Shown piece by piece: positions 10,438 to 23,956 of a stretch of 64,000 nucleotides of DNA. The translations under genes were made by a program, and so were the position numbers. The notes beneath the pieces are model-generated. The model saw only the letters and a list, made by a program, of their open reading frames with translations. It was not told the DNA's origin and did not search any database. Position 1 is the first letter of the stretch, and each line of letters starts with the position of its first letter. The stretch is from assembly GCA_951406725.2 (NCBI GenBank), contig OX597822.1:82646001-82710000 (forward strand), written 5' to 3'. This DNA is from Octopus vulgaris. Taxonomy: Eukaryota.

Positions 10438-10882
10438 TGAAAGAACAGGTAATGATTATGATGTTTTAAATAAAAGTATAGATGCATATACAACATTTAT
10501 AAAGAAGAGAATTCCAGGTCAATATTTGGGGTATGCTACCAATGTATTTTTACACTATTTCTATTTCACATTTTTCTGCACTATTTATAAATATAACCTC
10601 AGAATAACCTCAGCCAGCACTCAGCTCACTCAAGCAGTGACAGACTGAAATCTATAAACATGGTTTGAAGACATAGAAACTTATACCTTTTAAGACTTGA
10701 AATGATGTCTTATCGTTCATACACTCCTACTGCCACCATCATTTCATTTCCCTTGTGAGAATTGAACCGGAAAACAAAAAAAAAAAATGTATACTTATAA
10801 ATATTGAAAGAATTTTCATGTTTTAAGCTGGGGTTAATAATAGTCGTAGAAACTAATCTTAGTCACAAATATTAAAGCTTTT

Positions 10883-11465
10883 TTTTTTACATTGGTTTTA
10901 GTCAGTGGACTATGGCCATGCTGGGGCGCCACCTTTAAGGGTTTGGGTGAATAAGTTGGCTCCAGTACTTATTTGTTTTACTTGTCTGGTACTTAGTCTA
11001 TCAGTTTCTTTTGCCAAACTATTGATTTATCAGGACATAAACAAACTAACACTGGTTGTCAAGTGGTGGTGGTGGTCGTCGTTGTGGTGGGGGACAAACA
11101 TACCATAAACACAAAGGTATATAATACTCACATACACACACACATAGATAGATAGATGATAGATGTATACATAGAAGAGAAAGAGGAAGAGTGATGTGTG
11201 TGTGTGTATTGGCATGGGTTAAACGGTTTGACTTGCCAGTCCTCAGTCAAACTGTCCAACCCATGCCAGCATGGAAAGCAGGCATGTTAAACAATGATGA
11301 TTATATATATATATATATATATGTATAGATAGATAGATAGATAGATACACATACACACACGACAGGCTTCTTTCAGTTTTCATCTACCAACTTCACTCAC
11401 ATGCTCACATGGTAATTAATGGTCAGCAACAGGCTATTCTAAAGGACACTTGCCCAAAGTGCTGT
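10883..11465 (-). mobile_element. Diverged SINE family A interrupted by a family C fragment
   Basis: Family A 3' motifs 10883-11110 and head motifs 11360-11465; family C tail 11210-11300. Confidence 0.65.
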
Positions 11466-11634
11466 GCAAGAGCTTATATTATGAACCTTGGAATGATGAA
11501 AGATAAAGGGGACCAGGGTAGGATTTTCAGACAAAACCCAAAGAGAATGTATTCAAATACCACAAGGTATTTTGAATGACAAACTGCCAAATCTACAATC
11601 CACCTGCAATTTTAATGTTTATGTAGAATAAAAC

Positions 11635-11837
11635 GATGAGCTGGCAGAACCATTACAATGCCAAGGCAAAATGCTTAGTGGCATATCTTCGTCTTATGTT
11701 CTGAGTTCAAATTCTGCCAAGATAGATAAAATTCTGCCAGGATAGATAAAATAAGTACCAGTTGAGCACTGGGGTCAATGTTTTCAGCTCACCCCCACCC
11801 TCAAAATTGCTGGCCTTGTGCCAAAATCTGAAACCAA
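11635..11837 (+). mobile_element. SINE family B (tail type ...GCTGGCCTTGTGCCAAAAT.TGAAACC)
   Basis: Head GAGCTGGCAGAA, GTTCTGAGTTCAAATTC, AAATAAGTACCAGTTGAGCACTGGGGTC. Confidence 0.75.
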
Positions 11838-12546
11838 CGTTTATTTAGAATTCATTAATGTGTGGAGAAAATGGTTTTTATTTATTTCAAAAATATTCTG
11901 AGAATTCCTTATTCTTAGAATAATAGTTTATTAAAATAATTTAGGAATTCAATTAATTTGTTTTGTTTCTTTCTTCATAAGTTAATTAGTCTAGTTATCT
12001 ATTAAAAATATTTTCATTGTAAGATGTCCACATTTATATGTTTTGGCATATTTATAGAATTAGATAGAATTCAATGCTTTGGTATTACACACACACACAC
12101 ACACACACAGAGGACTGTTTGTGTGTGTGTGTGTGTGTACAGAGAGTGAAAGAGATAAAGTTTATAGTTTTATTATAAGTAGATCTACAAAAGAAGTACT
12201 CCATCAGTGAGAGGTAAATATCATTTGAGATACATTAAATTGCTTGGAGATACATGGAATATTATATAAATCTACCTATTTAATGTATCTTAAAGCATGA
12301 AACTATTTGTAGCTATTTTGTGATTGTATATATTAAATGGTGTGTGTATGTGTCAGTTCTTATTCTGACTTAATGCTCTCCAGAATGGGCCAGGGACCAC
12401 ATCTTCAATATTCCTTTACTGGCATGGTTACTATGGTTACGTGCCCTTCCTATTAGCAACCACTTGACAGAATGTACTGGATGCATTTTATCATGATACC
12501 ATCCCTGCAAGACAGTTACAAATTACCTTGTGTTTGACAAGATTAA

Positions 12547-12765
12547 CCCTTTCGATACCAACCCACCTGAAACCACCTCTGGCTCTGTAGTATAAATGTC
12601 TTATTTTCAAAAGTTCTGAATTAAAATCTTCCAAACCTTTGTCGCAATTTATGTTCGTAACACTGGCTGAATGAAAACTAAGTTATTTTGCTAAATTCTT
12701 TATTATATTTAAAATTAATTGAAAGAATCACAGAGCATCTCAAGAAAAATATGGTCTCAAAAGTC
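12547..12765. mobile_element. piggyBac-like non-autonomous element, copy 1
   Basis: TTAA|CCCTTTCGATACCA left end; degenerate right end; colinear with copy 2. Confidence 0.7.
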
Positions 12766-12796
12766 TTAGAATATATAATAGAGAAATAATTCTTAA

Positions 12797-13019
12797 CCAT
12801 TTCGATACCAATCTGGCTGAAACCGCTTCTGGCTCTGTAGTTATAAATGTCTTGTTTTCAAAAGTTCTGAATTAAAATCTTCCACCAGACCTTAGTCACA
12901 ATTTATGTTCCTAACACCAGCTTAATGATAACTAAGTTATTTTACTAAATTCTTTGTTATATTTAAAATTAATTGAAAGAATCACAGAGCATCTTAACAG
13001 AAATATGGTAACAAAAGGG
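12797..13019. mobile_element. piggyBac-like non-autonomous element, copy 2
   Basis: TTAA|CCATTTCGATACCA ... TGGTAACAAAAGGG|TTAA: TIRs plus TTAA TSD. Confidence 0.8.
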
Positions 13020-13547
13020 TTAAAGGCTGCCTATATTGTCACCATTCATTTGCTAATTACTTTATAGAATATATATGCTTGGTGCAAGTACTTGAAGACT
13101 TGCTAGTTCTGATGCCATGAGAAAAGCACCCAGTACACTCTGTGGAGTGGCTGGCATTAGGAAGGGCATGCAGTTGTAGAAACCATGCCAATACAAACAC
13201 TGGAGCTTGTCACAGCCCTCTGGTTAGTCACTTCGTGTCCAACTGTCCAGCCTGTGCTAGCATGGGCAAAGAAGCATTAAATGGCACCTTTTATCTTGGT
13301 ACCAGCAGCTCTTGTGATGTTGTCTTGTTCCCATTAAGACTAATGAGTTGTTTATCCTTTGGGCTGTGCCCCAACACCTCCACTACCACTGGCAGACAGG
13401 AGAAAGGGCGATGGAAATACACAAGAGTGGGAAGAACTGAGAGGAGGGGGTAACAGAAGAGAGAATATGATAGGGAGGGTATGAGACATTTTTGGTACAG
13501 TCAGATTGGTACCATTTGTTTGGTGCCACCAATTCAATGCTGATTTA

Positions 13548-13772
13548 GCTAGCAGAAACATTAGCAAAAACAGGCAAAATGCGTAGCCGTATTTCGGCTG
13601 CCGTTACGTTCTGAGTTCAAATTCCATCGAGGTCGACTTTGCCTTTCATCCTTTCGGGGTCGATTAAATAAGTACCAGTTACGCACTGGGGTCGATATAA
13701 TCAACTTAATCCGTTTGCCTGTCCTTGTTTGTCCTCTCTGTGTTTAGCCCCTTGTGGGTAGTAAAAAAATAG
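13548..13772 (+). mobile_element. SINE family B with Tx1-like 3' tail
   Basis: Near identical to 33744-33966; tail TCTGTGTTTAGCCCCTTGTGGGTAGTAAA.AAATA. Confidence 0.85.
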
Positions 13773-14090
13773 ATTTACTTGACATCAGACATTTCAATCT
13801 CTCTCTTTCTCTCTCTCTCTCTACCTACCTTTCTTCCTCTTTATCTCTGTGTGTCTCTCTCACTCATCCTCTCAGTATAGTGTATATTTCTGTGTACATG
13901 CATACTCCTCTCTGTGTGTGTGGTGTGTGTGTTTGCCTCCAGTTCTAGAAAAGTGCCATCATCCAAACCACACTGAATGTGCCAGTCAGCCATGCCAAAT
14001 CACCTGTGTCAAAACAGCTGCGCCCAATCATTTCATTCCATGATAGACTGCAGAATAAGAAGATTGAATAGAAATAACAATAGCAGTGAT

Positions 14091-14392
14091 GTGTGTGTGT
14101 GAGTGTGCCTATGTTTGTTACGTATGCATGTATGTGTGTGTGTGAGTGTGCCTATGTGTGTTACGTATGCATGTATGTGTGTGCGTGAGTGTGCCTATGT
14201 GTGTTACATATGCATGAATGTGTGTGTGTGAGTGTGCCTATGTGTGTTACGTATGCATGTGTGTGAGTGTGCCTATGTGTGTTACGTATGCATGTATGTG
14301 TGTGTGTGAGTGTGCCTATGTGTGTTACGTATGCATGTATGTGTGTATGTGAGTGTGCCTATGTGTGTTACGTATGCATGTATGTGTGTGTG
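14091..14392. repeat. Minisatellite, unit ~(TG)n-AGTGTGCCTATGTGTGTTACGTATGCATGTA, about 7 copies
   Basis: Directly visible tandem units. Confidence 0.9.
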
Positions 14393-14649
14393 TGTTTGTG
14401 TCATATGCATATGTGTATGTGTGTGTGCAATTGTGTGTGTGTGTCAATATGTTTACATAATTTAGACGTATACCAATGAGAACATTCCACCATTCAACTT
14501 AATATTTTATCAACATAATGAATGTTGTTTATGAAACCTTTTGTATAATATGCACAATAAACTGACTGTCTGCATGTGAACATGTGTTTCTGAGTTTGAA
14601 GCAAGGCCTTGAATTTGTAACAACTTCTGATTCAAGTAAATTCACCTCC

Positions 14650-14714
<65 letters not shown>

Positions 14715-14732
14715 TTTGGTGCATGCCTTAAG

Positions 14733-14914
14733 GCTGCCGTTACATTCTGAGTTCAAATTCCGCCAAGGTTAACCTTACCTTTCATCCTTTTGGGGGTCGA
14801 TTAAATAAGTACCAGTTCAGTTACGCACTGGGATCGATGTAATCGACTTAATACCTATGTCTGTCCTCATTTGTCCCTTTTATGTTTAGCCTCCTGTGGG
14901 CAATAAAGAAATAA
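14733..14914 (+). mobile_element. SINE family B, 5'-truncated, Tx1-like tail
   Basis: Family B core; ends TGTTTAGCCTCCTGTGGGCAATAAAGAAATA. Confidence 0.8.
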
Positions 14915-15927
14915 ATATCAGAATGACAACTCCGAGTCAATAAAGAAACTGCTACATGGTTGCTCAACCTGCCAAAAATAGCAGCCAGTTCTTCCTCAGA
15001 CTATTATTCCCGCATACTTACTTAAGAGCATTTTTTCCTCTTTCTGTCTTTTCCGGTTTTTCTTTCTTTTTTTTTTCCCTGTCTTGCAGGTGACTTGTGC
15101 CACCCCCACTCAGTAGTGGGGGTGGCAAAAAAAACATACCCAGACCACAACAGTAAAGTGGGTAGCATCAGGAAAGGCATCAAACCAATGAAACCATGCC
15201 AAGGCTAATTCTGGAGCTCAGTGCAGCCTTACAGCTCACTGGATCCTGTCAAACTGCCCAACCCATGCCAGCCTGGAAAACAGATATTACACGACAGTGT
15301 TGTTTCTTAAAATTATCTCCCCTTCTCAAGTGGAGCTGGTCTTAATTGCTATTTGGTTATTATGTTACATCCCCTAGAGGTGGAGATAATTTCATTAAAC
15401 CAAGAATTTATGTTTTATAGTATTTGGTAGGCCTGTATTTGTCTATGTTTCTAGGACTACATTAACTACTATGTCCTTCCTTAAAGATAACGTGAAGCAT
15501 GTTTTGAGAGGAATTTGCCTGCTATTTCTAGTAGGTCATGTAATTACATATAGGCTCTCTGTCTAGCTCATATTTTGTTACTTTTCTGGTGACTAAATTG
15601 ACTTCCATGCCAAGAATATGACAAAAACATAAAACAAAAGAAAGAATGAGAGAAAGAAAATGGAAAGAGAACAAAAGAATAAAAGACTTGTGCCATAGAG
15701 AAACCCATAGAGAGAAAGAACAAGGATGGTAATGGTCCTTTGTTTGTTTAACTTAACTGGCATTAGATTGTTGGTTGGTTGGTTGGCAGTGATGTTGTTG
15801 TTGCTGTTGTTGCTGTTAGAACCTCTGGCATTTAATTGACTAAATAGAATGGCTCTTCTGTTACTGTTCATGTGGTTGGTTGACTAATGCAGTGTGATGG
15901 TGGTGGTGGTGGTTTAGGAATGTCTTT

Positions 15928-16400
15928 ATGTGTGTGTGTGTGTGTGTATAGTTATATACACTGTGTATGTATATATATATATGTATATGTATATGTTTGT
16001 GTGTGTATAGTTATATAAATGTATGTATATGTATGCATATGTATGTATGTTTGTGTGTGTATAGATATACAATATGTATGTATATGTATGTTTGTGTGTG
16101 TATGTAGTTATATTCGACATGTATGTATATATATGCATATGTATAGGTATGTTTGTGTGTGTATAGTTATATAAAATATGTATGTATATGTATATGCATA
16201 TATGTGTATGTATAGGTATGTTTGTGTGTGAATAGTTTAGTTTATATATATATATATATGTGTGTGTGTGTATGCATACGTGTGTGTGTGTGTGTGTGTA
16301 TGCATACGTATGTATATGTTTGTGTGTGTGTGTATGCATACGTATGTATATGTTTGTGTGTATGTGTGTAGTTATATATATGTATGTATATATATGTGTG
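15928..16400. repeat. Compound TG/TA/TATG low-complexity tandem repeat
   Basis: Directly visible. Confidence 0.9.
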
Positions 16401-16990
16401 TGATCACATTCATGTATACTCAACGATGTTTATGAATGCACGAAGCTAACTTATGAGTTAGTTATTTATAAATGTCAGTTATAATTTCATATACTGTAAG
16501 CATATTTATATATACATATATGAGTTTATATAAAGTGTATGCATGCCTGTTTGCAGTAGATTCTATGTGAATCTATGTCTAACCCCTAAGTCTTGTGACA
16601 TTGCTACCTTTCAAACTGGGATTCTGTTTATGTTTTTATCATTTTCTCTATAAGACCTCGGATGTCAAAAAAAAGTGTTTCTACAATCAAGATGGAAAAA
16701 CAGGCCAAACCAAACATCTATGATCATTACAGCTTCGTGTGTGTGTGTGTGCTATATTAATTTCTCAATCCATTCAGGACCTTTACACTATCCCTTCAAC
16801 TGAACCACTGCTATTCTCTTCAATCTGATGCACTGCTTGTTGGTGTTCGGAGAAATAGCTCACCTCATACAAAAACATACGTTGGAAATTTTGCCTTGGA
16901 TTTGAACTCAAGACCTATGAAGAATTAGTAGTGCTAATACTGGAATCACTCTCTATTTCACTTCATCAGTAGAATATGGACAGACACAAA

Positions 16991-17023
<33 letters not shown>

Positions 17024-17576
17024 CCAGACACTTACACACTAACTGATTCTGACTCTTCTGCATACACAGGAATTATTAGATGAATTATCATAGATTTACT
17101 GAGATTATCCTGTCTGATCATTTATCGTTTGTTTTATTGACAAAACAAAACTCCTCACTGACATTTGGTGATAAAATCCATACCCAGCATGCATCAACTC
17201 TTACTCATTATGCTCCAACTCTAAAACTGTGTTTATAAACATACATTATCCATTATAGGCATGTTTGTGTGTGTGTGTGTGATAGAAAGAGTGAGAGGGA
17301 GGGAGGGAAAGAAAGAGAGTTTGTGTGTCTGCAAGTGAGTTTGATTAGGTGTATAAGTTTGTGTATGTGTGTGTATTAAACCGTATGTGTGTTTGCATGT
17401 GTAAAGATATCATAATAAATATGTTTATAGTTGACAGAAGCTGTATGGAAGTCCATCATATATTTGGATGTAAGTGTGTGTGTGTGTTGCCAGCACACTG
17501 CTACCACTGGTGGATTGCTTATATCTGTGACTTAGTGGTTTGGCAAAAGAAGATTGATTAAAAAACAACCAGAAAC

Positions 17577-17742
17577 AGGCGCAGGTGTGGCTGTGTGGTA
17601 AGTAGCTTGCTTACCAACCACATGGTTCTGGGTTCAGTCCCACTGCATGGTACCTTGGGCAAGTGTCTTCTACTATAGCCTCAGGCCGACCAAAGCCTTG
17701 TGAGTGGATCTGGTAGACGGAAACAGAAAGAAACCTGTTGTG

Positions 17743-17773
<31 letters not shown>

Positions 17774-18170
17774 GTATGTGTATATATATATATGTATGTA
17801 TGTATATATATATGTATATGTATGTATGTATATATGTATATATATATATATGTATGTATATATATATCTGTATGTATGTATGTATATATATATATGTATG
17901 TATGTATGTATGTATATGTATGTATGTATATATATATATATGTATGTATGTATGTATATATATGTATGTATGTATGTATATATATATGTATGTATGTATG
18001 TATGTATATATATATGTATGTATGTATATATATGTATGTATATATGTATATGTATGTATGTATATATGTATATGTATGTATATATGTATATGTATGTATG
18101 TATATATGTATATGTATGTATATATGTATATATATGTATGTATGTATATATGTATATATATGTATATATA
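17577..18170 (+). mobile_element. SINE family A head followed by a ~430-bp expanded TA/TATG microsatellite
   Basis: GGCGCAGGTGTGGCTGTGTGGTAAGTAGC...GGAAACAGAAAGAA then (TATG/TA)n at the position of the family's internal microsatellite. Confidence 0.85.
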
Positions 18171-18554
18171 TTCGAGCTTTGGCTTAAATCTCTTTTGAGT
18201 CTTGCTTGCGTAATCCTGGCCTCTTCAAATGCTTTCACTCCACTACACACCTTTGTTCACCATCCAAAGCAAGGGTTTCTATATCTTCTGGACCCATTCC
18301 AAGTGACTTACTATCACTGCCATGCTTGACCGCCTCAGCTACCACCACCATCATCACCAGTTGCCTCTGCCTCTATCGCAACTACAGCTCATACTATTAC
18401 CAACACTCCATTACCATCTCAACTGTCAATCTACTACCACCCTCACTTGTCTATACCTACCCTCACCCCAACAAGAGGAGTAGAAGTGTCATTAAATAGT
18501 GAGAGAGAGGGGGGGGTCAAAGTGTGACATACTGACACACAGATTCGTTTTAGC

Positions 18555-18605
<51 letters not shown>

Positions 18606-19280
18606 GTTTATATGTTTCAGTCTTGAGGTTGTGGCCATGCCAAGTCCAACCCATGCCAGCTTGGAAAATAGACATTAAATGATGATGATGATATAGTCGC
18701 GTGTGTGTGTGTATTATTCTTTGCTTAGGCTTAGTGATACCAATACCAGTGTCAGAACTAAGCTAATGAAATTCGTGACATAAAATCTTTTTCCCTTGTC
18801 ATTTTAATACATATATATATATATATATATATATAAAGTAACAAACTGAGGAAATTCCTTGAAAGAGGTGTGTAAAATATCCAGTCCACTGGTACTGTCA
18901 GTTGAATACCACAGAAATACACACACACACACACACACACACACATGCGTGTGTGTATGTTGGTATGGCTACACTCCACCTCTACTCTGTTGAAGGGGTG
19001 TCTCCATGTTATGGTGGTGAAGATATCTGTTCAGTGTGAGTAAGACCTCTATATAGATTACTCTGCCTTTCTCCCCTCATCTCCTCCTGCATAAAGAGGG
19101 AGGTGTGAGGAGCTGTGAAGAGAGAATGTACATTTGGGGGGAGGAGGAGGAGGGCTTCACTTTTATTGTCAAGTTAATTAGTCTTCTACAATATACTTGG
19201 CTCATTCATTAGTTTTCTACCTTCCTCCCCTACCTTATTTTTTATCACTCTTTCATTCTCACCCCCACTCCCAGTTTTGT

Positions 19281-19714
19281 ATCTTTTATCTTTTACTTGT
19301 TTCAGTCATTAGTCTGTGGCCATGCTACAGCATAACTTTGAAGAACTTTTAATCCAATGAATCAACCCTATGAGTTATTTTTTTCTAAGCCTGGTACTTC
19401 GTCTGCTGGTCTCCCTTTAGCCAGACCTCTAAGTTATGAGGATGTAAACACACCAACACCAGTTGTCAAGTGTTGGGGAGGGGGCAGGACAAAGACTCAA
19501 AGACACACACACACACATACACACACACACACACACATAGACACACACACACACATATATGATGGGCTTCTTTCAGTTTCCATCTACCAAAACCACTCAC
19601 AAGGCTTTGCTCAGCACGAGGCTATAGTAGAAGATAGTTGTCCAAGGTGCTACACAGTGGCACTGAACCCAGAACCATGTGGTTGGGAAGCAAGCTTCTT
19701 ACCACACAACCACA
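19281..19714 (-). mobile_element. SINE family A
   Basis: Head, internal (CA)n and tail all recognisable. Confidence 0.8.
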
Positions 19715-20499
19715 CAGGAGGTTTTGCTTTAATGTTTGTTATTTTCCCTTCATTATCCCAGCTAAATTTCCCTATGGATGTAGGAATGGCAAAAGCAGAG
19801 GAGTGGGGTGGTGTGAGGGGGAGTACTGTATGATTATGGTTAGTTGAGGGGTTACTAGGTTCATGTGCATCTTTCACTTGAGCCATAAAATCCCATGCTA
19901 TTTTGCCCACACTCACACACACACACACATGCACATACACTCATACACACACACACATACAAGGTGCACACACTGCTGTGTTGACATACAACATATGTAG
20001 CTACAGACATTGCTATTATGTTGATGCCATTATTGTTGTCAGTTGATTATTCAAAAGTCATTTGGTTAATGATAATGGTTGAGATATTGTTCATGGTGGG
20101 TGGCAGTGCTCATATTGTTTTTTTTTATTTATTTATATTTGTTTCTGTTTAGCCTCGAGTTAATTGTCATTGACCTAAAGTCAAAAACATTTCATTCAAC
20201 TTTTAAGATCTTGGGGTACCATATTATCTCTTGTAATTGTCTTTTTTTTTTTTTTTTTTTTTTTGATAGAGTTCTTGGTCATTAAAGAGTTGATGGGTTG
20301 GTAATGGTGGTGGTCATATTGGTATTGGTGGTGATGATAGATAATGGTGGTCATGGTGAAGGTCAATACTAATTATGACCCCAAAAAATGCACACACACA
20401 CACACACTCAAATCTACAGCAAAAATTTCCATCTAACACTGTGTTTATAGTGATGCATGCACACACAAAGGATGCAGCTCTTTCTCATGTCATATAGAC

Positions 20500-20775
20500 T
20501 CATAAGGCCAATTTCCTGGTTTCTATGGCTTACATATTCCCTGCTGGATTGGACACCAGCCCATCTAAGTTTTTATCCATTTTTGTCAGCTAAGTGAACT
20601 GGAGCAACATGAAATAAAGTGCTTTGCTCAAGAACACAAACACATTGCTCAATCCAGGAATTGAAATCACAACCTTACAATTATGAGTCCAACACTCTAA
20701 CTGCTTAGCCAAGGATCAAACTTACGACCTTATGACCATGAGCCAAGTACCCTAACCACAAAACCACATGCCTGC
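20500..20775 (-). mobile_element. tRNA-headed SINE family D; related copies at ~24543-24800(+) and, for the head only, 49886-50175(+)
   Basis: Minus strand has a tRNA-like head, then GTGTTCTTGAGCAAAGCACTTTATTTCATGTTGCTCCAGTTCACT.AGCTG; the GCTCCAGTTCACTCAGCTG motif recurs at ~49956. Confidence 0.65.
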
Positions 20776-22071
20776 ACTACATGGATATTAACATATACCA
20801 CACACACACACCATGTTTAAACAACTCACACACAATGAATAGAAATGGTGGAGAGAGTTTACTTAGAGGAACAAATGCTATCAAAGAAATTTTTTTATTG
20901 AGTTGATTTGTTAGCTTTTGTTGTTATTCTTATTCCTGTTGCTCTAATGGCTTTCATGTTTTTCTTCTTTTTTTTTATTAGGATTATTATATTCCTATCT
21001 ACAAACATACCACACACACACACACACATGCACTATACTTAGCTAAGCTTTTAAGCTTTTGCTAATATTTCTCTTCTCTCTCTCTCTCTCTCCTCTCTCT
21101 CTTCTCTATCTCTCTTTCTCTCTCTCTCTCCCTTTCTCTCTCTTTCTCTCAGTCACCCACACACATGTGCATACACAAACACACATTTAGGCACACACAC
21201 ACATCCTCTCTCCAATTATATTCTATTACAAATCTGTCAGTGATAGAAAAATCACAGATGTTCAGATGACATCTCTAATCAGGCCAGGCCTTTACTGTTA
21301 TAGAAAAGACTCAAAGCAAATGAAAGAATCTCTAAGCATGGGGGGGGGGGGGAAGGTTGGTGGGTAGACAGTCACTCGACTTACTGAGACTAGCAGCCAG
21401 ATCTCCCTCAAATTACACACCACTGTATTGAAAAGGAAGGGACACATTGCATATCGTATTCCTAGATACATAACACTCAATACTTGGCTTGACTTAGCTC
21501 AAGGGATGAACAAAATGGGAATCAGTGGATCATCATCATTGAATGTCCATTTTATGTGCTGGCATGGGTTGGACAGTTTAACTGGAGCTGGAAAGCCAGA
21601 GAGCTGCAACAGGCTCCATTTTAGCAAGGTTTCTACAGCTGGATGCCCTTCCTAATGCCAACCACTTTACAGTGTGTATTGGGTCTTTTTTACATGGCAC
21701 CGCCTCAGATGTTTTTCTATGTGGCACCAGCACAGGTGCTTTTTACATAATTTATTGTAATTGGTGGCACAATCACCTGAAGTAATAGATATAGCATTTA
21801 ACTCTAGTAGTAGCATTTTTGCTTCTTGTCTTAGGCCATACTTGTAGATGTCTTAAATACAATTTGTATTTTAAAGTCTTAGCTGTTTACACACACACAC
21901 ACTTCTGTTTCACTTTCTTCGCAATAAAACCACAATTACATCTCACATTTCCAGTTTGTCAGAGGTTGAAGATGTTAACTTAAACCAGTTGCCTTTTTTT
22001 CCTTTTTTTGCTCTTTTCTCTTTTATATATATTTTCTTTCCTCTCTTACTTGTCTCTCCTGGACTTACTTC

Positions 22072-22110
22072 TAATATCTGATGAAGGACTTTGTCCAAAG
22101 CGTTTTACTT
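22072..22110 (+). ncRNA. Degenerate minimal hammerhead motif
   Basis: CTGATGA-aGGAC ttt GTCC-AAAGCGTT; G12 missing, stem I poor. Confidence 0.4.
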
Positions 22111-22572
22111 ATATTCTATAACTGTTTTTCCTTCCTTCACCACCGACCTAATAATAAGAATTGCGAACATCCATCTTGAATTTTTGTTGTTTTTAGAATT
22201 TGATTTTCTTCAAATATATGTGTATATATATGTATATATGGTATTAATGAAATAGGAGATGGAAGTTTCAGTAGAGACTTCTTGAGTCGGCTTACATACC
22301 ACTATACATGCATTGCATCACATTCAACTCAAAGCTGACTCAAAAAATTTCTAGTGAGACATTTTATTGATGTACCCAAAGATATCCAGAACGGGTTGAA
22401 ACATGTATTGTACTCAATAAAGTCTATCACACATTCCATCTCCTATTTTATTAATACTGTTACCCCAACCACCACTACGTAGTTCCTGCAATAAATCTAC
22501 GGATAACAACGGGTAATTGAAACTGTGCTTTACTCATCATCTATTTATACATTTTGTATAATTTCTCCATTA

Positions 22573-22796
22573 TACTCTTTACTCTTTTACTTGTTTCAGT
22601 CATTTGACTGTGGCCATGCTGGAGCACCGCCTTGAGTCAAGCAAATCGACCCCAGGACTTATTCTTTGTAAGCCTAGTACTTATTTTATCGGTTTCTTTT
22701 GCCGAATCACTAGGTTATGGGCACATAAACAAAAAACACACCAGTATTGGTTGTCAAGTGATGTTGTGGGAGACACACAAACATATACACACACAC

Positions 22797-22853
<57 letters not shown>

Positions 22854-23034
22854 CACACACACATATATATACAATGGGCTTCTTTCAGTTTCCATCTATC
22901 AAATCCACTCACAAGGCTTTGGTTGGCCCGAGGCTATAGTAGAAGACACTTGCCCAACGTGCCACGCAGTGGGACTGAACCCGGAACCATGTGGTTTGTA
23001 AGCAAGCTACTTACCACACAGCCACTCCTATGCC

Positions 23035-23036
<2 letters not shown>
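22573..23036 (-). mobile_element. SINE family A, full length
   Basis: Reverse-complement match to 23957-24358. Confidence 0.88.
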
Positions 23037-23120
<84 letters not shown>

Positions 23121-23668
23121 AGAGAGAGATAAAGGGTGGGGAAGTCAATTACATCTACCCCAGCGTTCAGCTGGTACTTATTTTATTGACCCCAAAAGGA
23201 TGAAAGGCAAAGTAAATATCTGTAGGATTTCAACTTGGAATATAAAAGCAGATGAAACGCCATTAAGCATTTTGTCAAGCTTGCTTACATTTTACCAGTT
23301 TACCTTATGTACACACACACACACAAACACACATACACACATGCACACGCTACATACATTGTTAATAAATATATTATTGTTTGCTGCTACAAGTAATTAA
23401 GAGCTCTCGTTTGAATCCTAAGTGCTTGATAACTATTTAAAAGCCAAAGGGCTTACTAGGTTTCTATTAGAGTGAATTTGTTTTTAACCTATTCTAAGCT
23501 TTGTGCTGTACTTAACCAATCGGTTGTTATATACAACATTAGATGGCATGCTGTGTCGATTGACACAATGGCTATGAACGCTTGTCCTCCCACAATATTA
23601 TTTAATATGGAGATAAGTGTAAAGTAGAACTGTGTCTGTACATGCTTTTTCATATGTGGAGCACTTAC

Positions 23669-23713
23669 CTTACATGTATGAAAGTGTTGCTGCTGCAGCA
23701 GTTGTTGTTATTT
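23669..23713 (-). other. Candidate 45-nt internal exon of a minus-strand transcript
   Basis: Minus strand: CACTAACtgttatatcacttgcAG|AAATAAC...CATGTAAG|GTAAGT (branch point, acceptor, consensus donor). Confidence 0.35.
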
Positions 23714-23956
23714 CTGCAAGTGATATAACAGTTAGTGTTTTCTACTTTCCATAATGCATTAACAGATATGTATTTTATAAACACTCACAATTGCCAGATA
23801 TGCCATGAGACATATTATCTAACATAATATAAGTGTGTGTGTGTGTGTGTGTTATCAGTGTTTACTGTCCACTTTTCCCTGCTTGCATGGGTCTGACAGA
23901 ATTTGTTCAGGCAGATTTTCAGTGGCTGGATGCCCTTTCATTGCAAACCCTGACCT

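Noticed and set aside
10215-10496. N-terminal ~94 aa of the 693-aa ORF
   Set aside because: It is largely the (TATC)n flank, which has no stop codons on that strand; LINE homology starts at 10214.
14091-14392. CRISPR-like periodic array
   Set aside because: Units are contiguous and vary only in TG number; no unique spacers, no cas genes, eukaryotic context.
15593-15871. 92-aa ORF with hydrophobic C-terminus
   Set aside because: Low-complexity AAC and T-rich sequence explains the composition; no splice or homology support.
17577-17660. tRNA gene
   Set aside because: A/B-box-like head continues into SINE body; same for the other family A, B and D heads.
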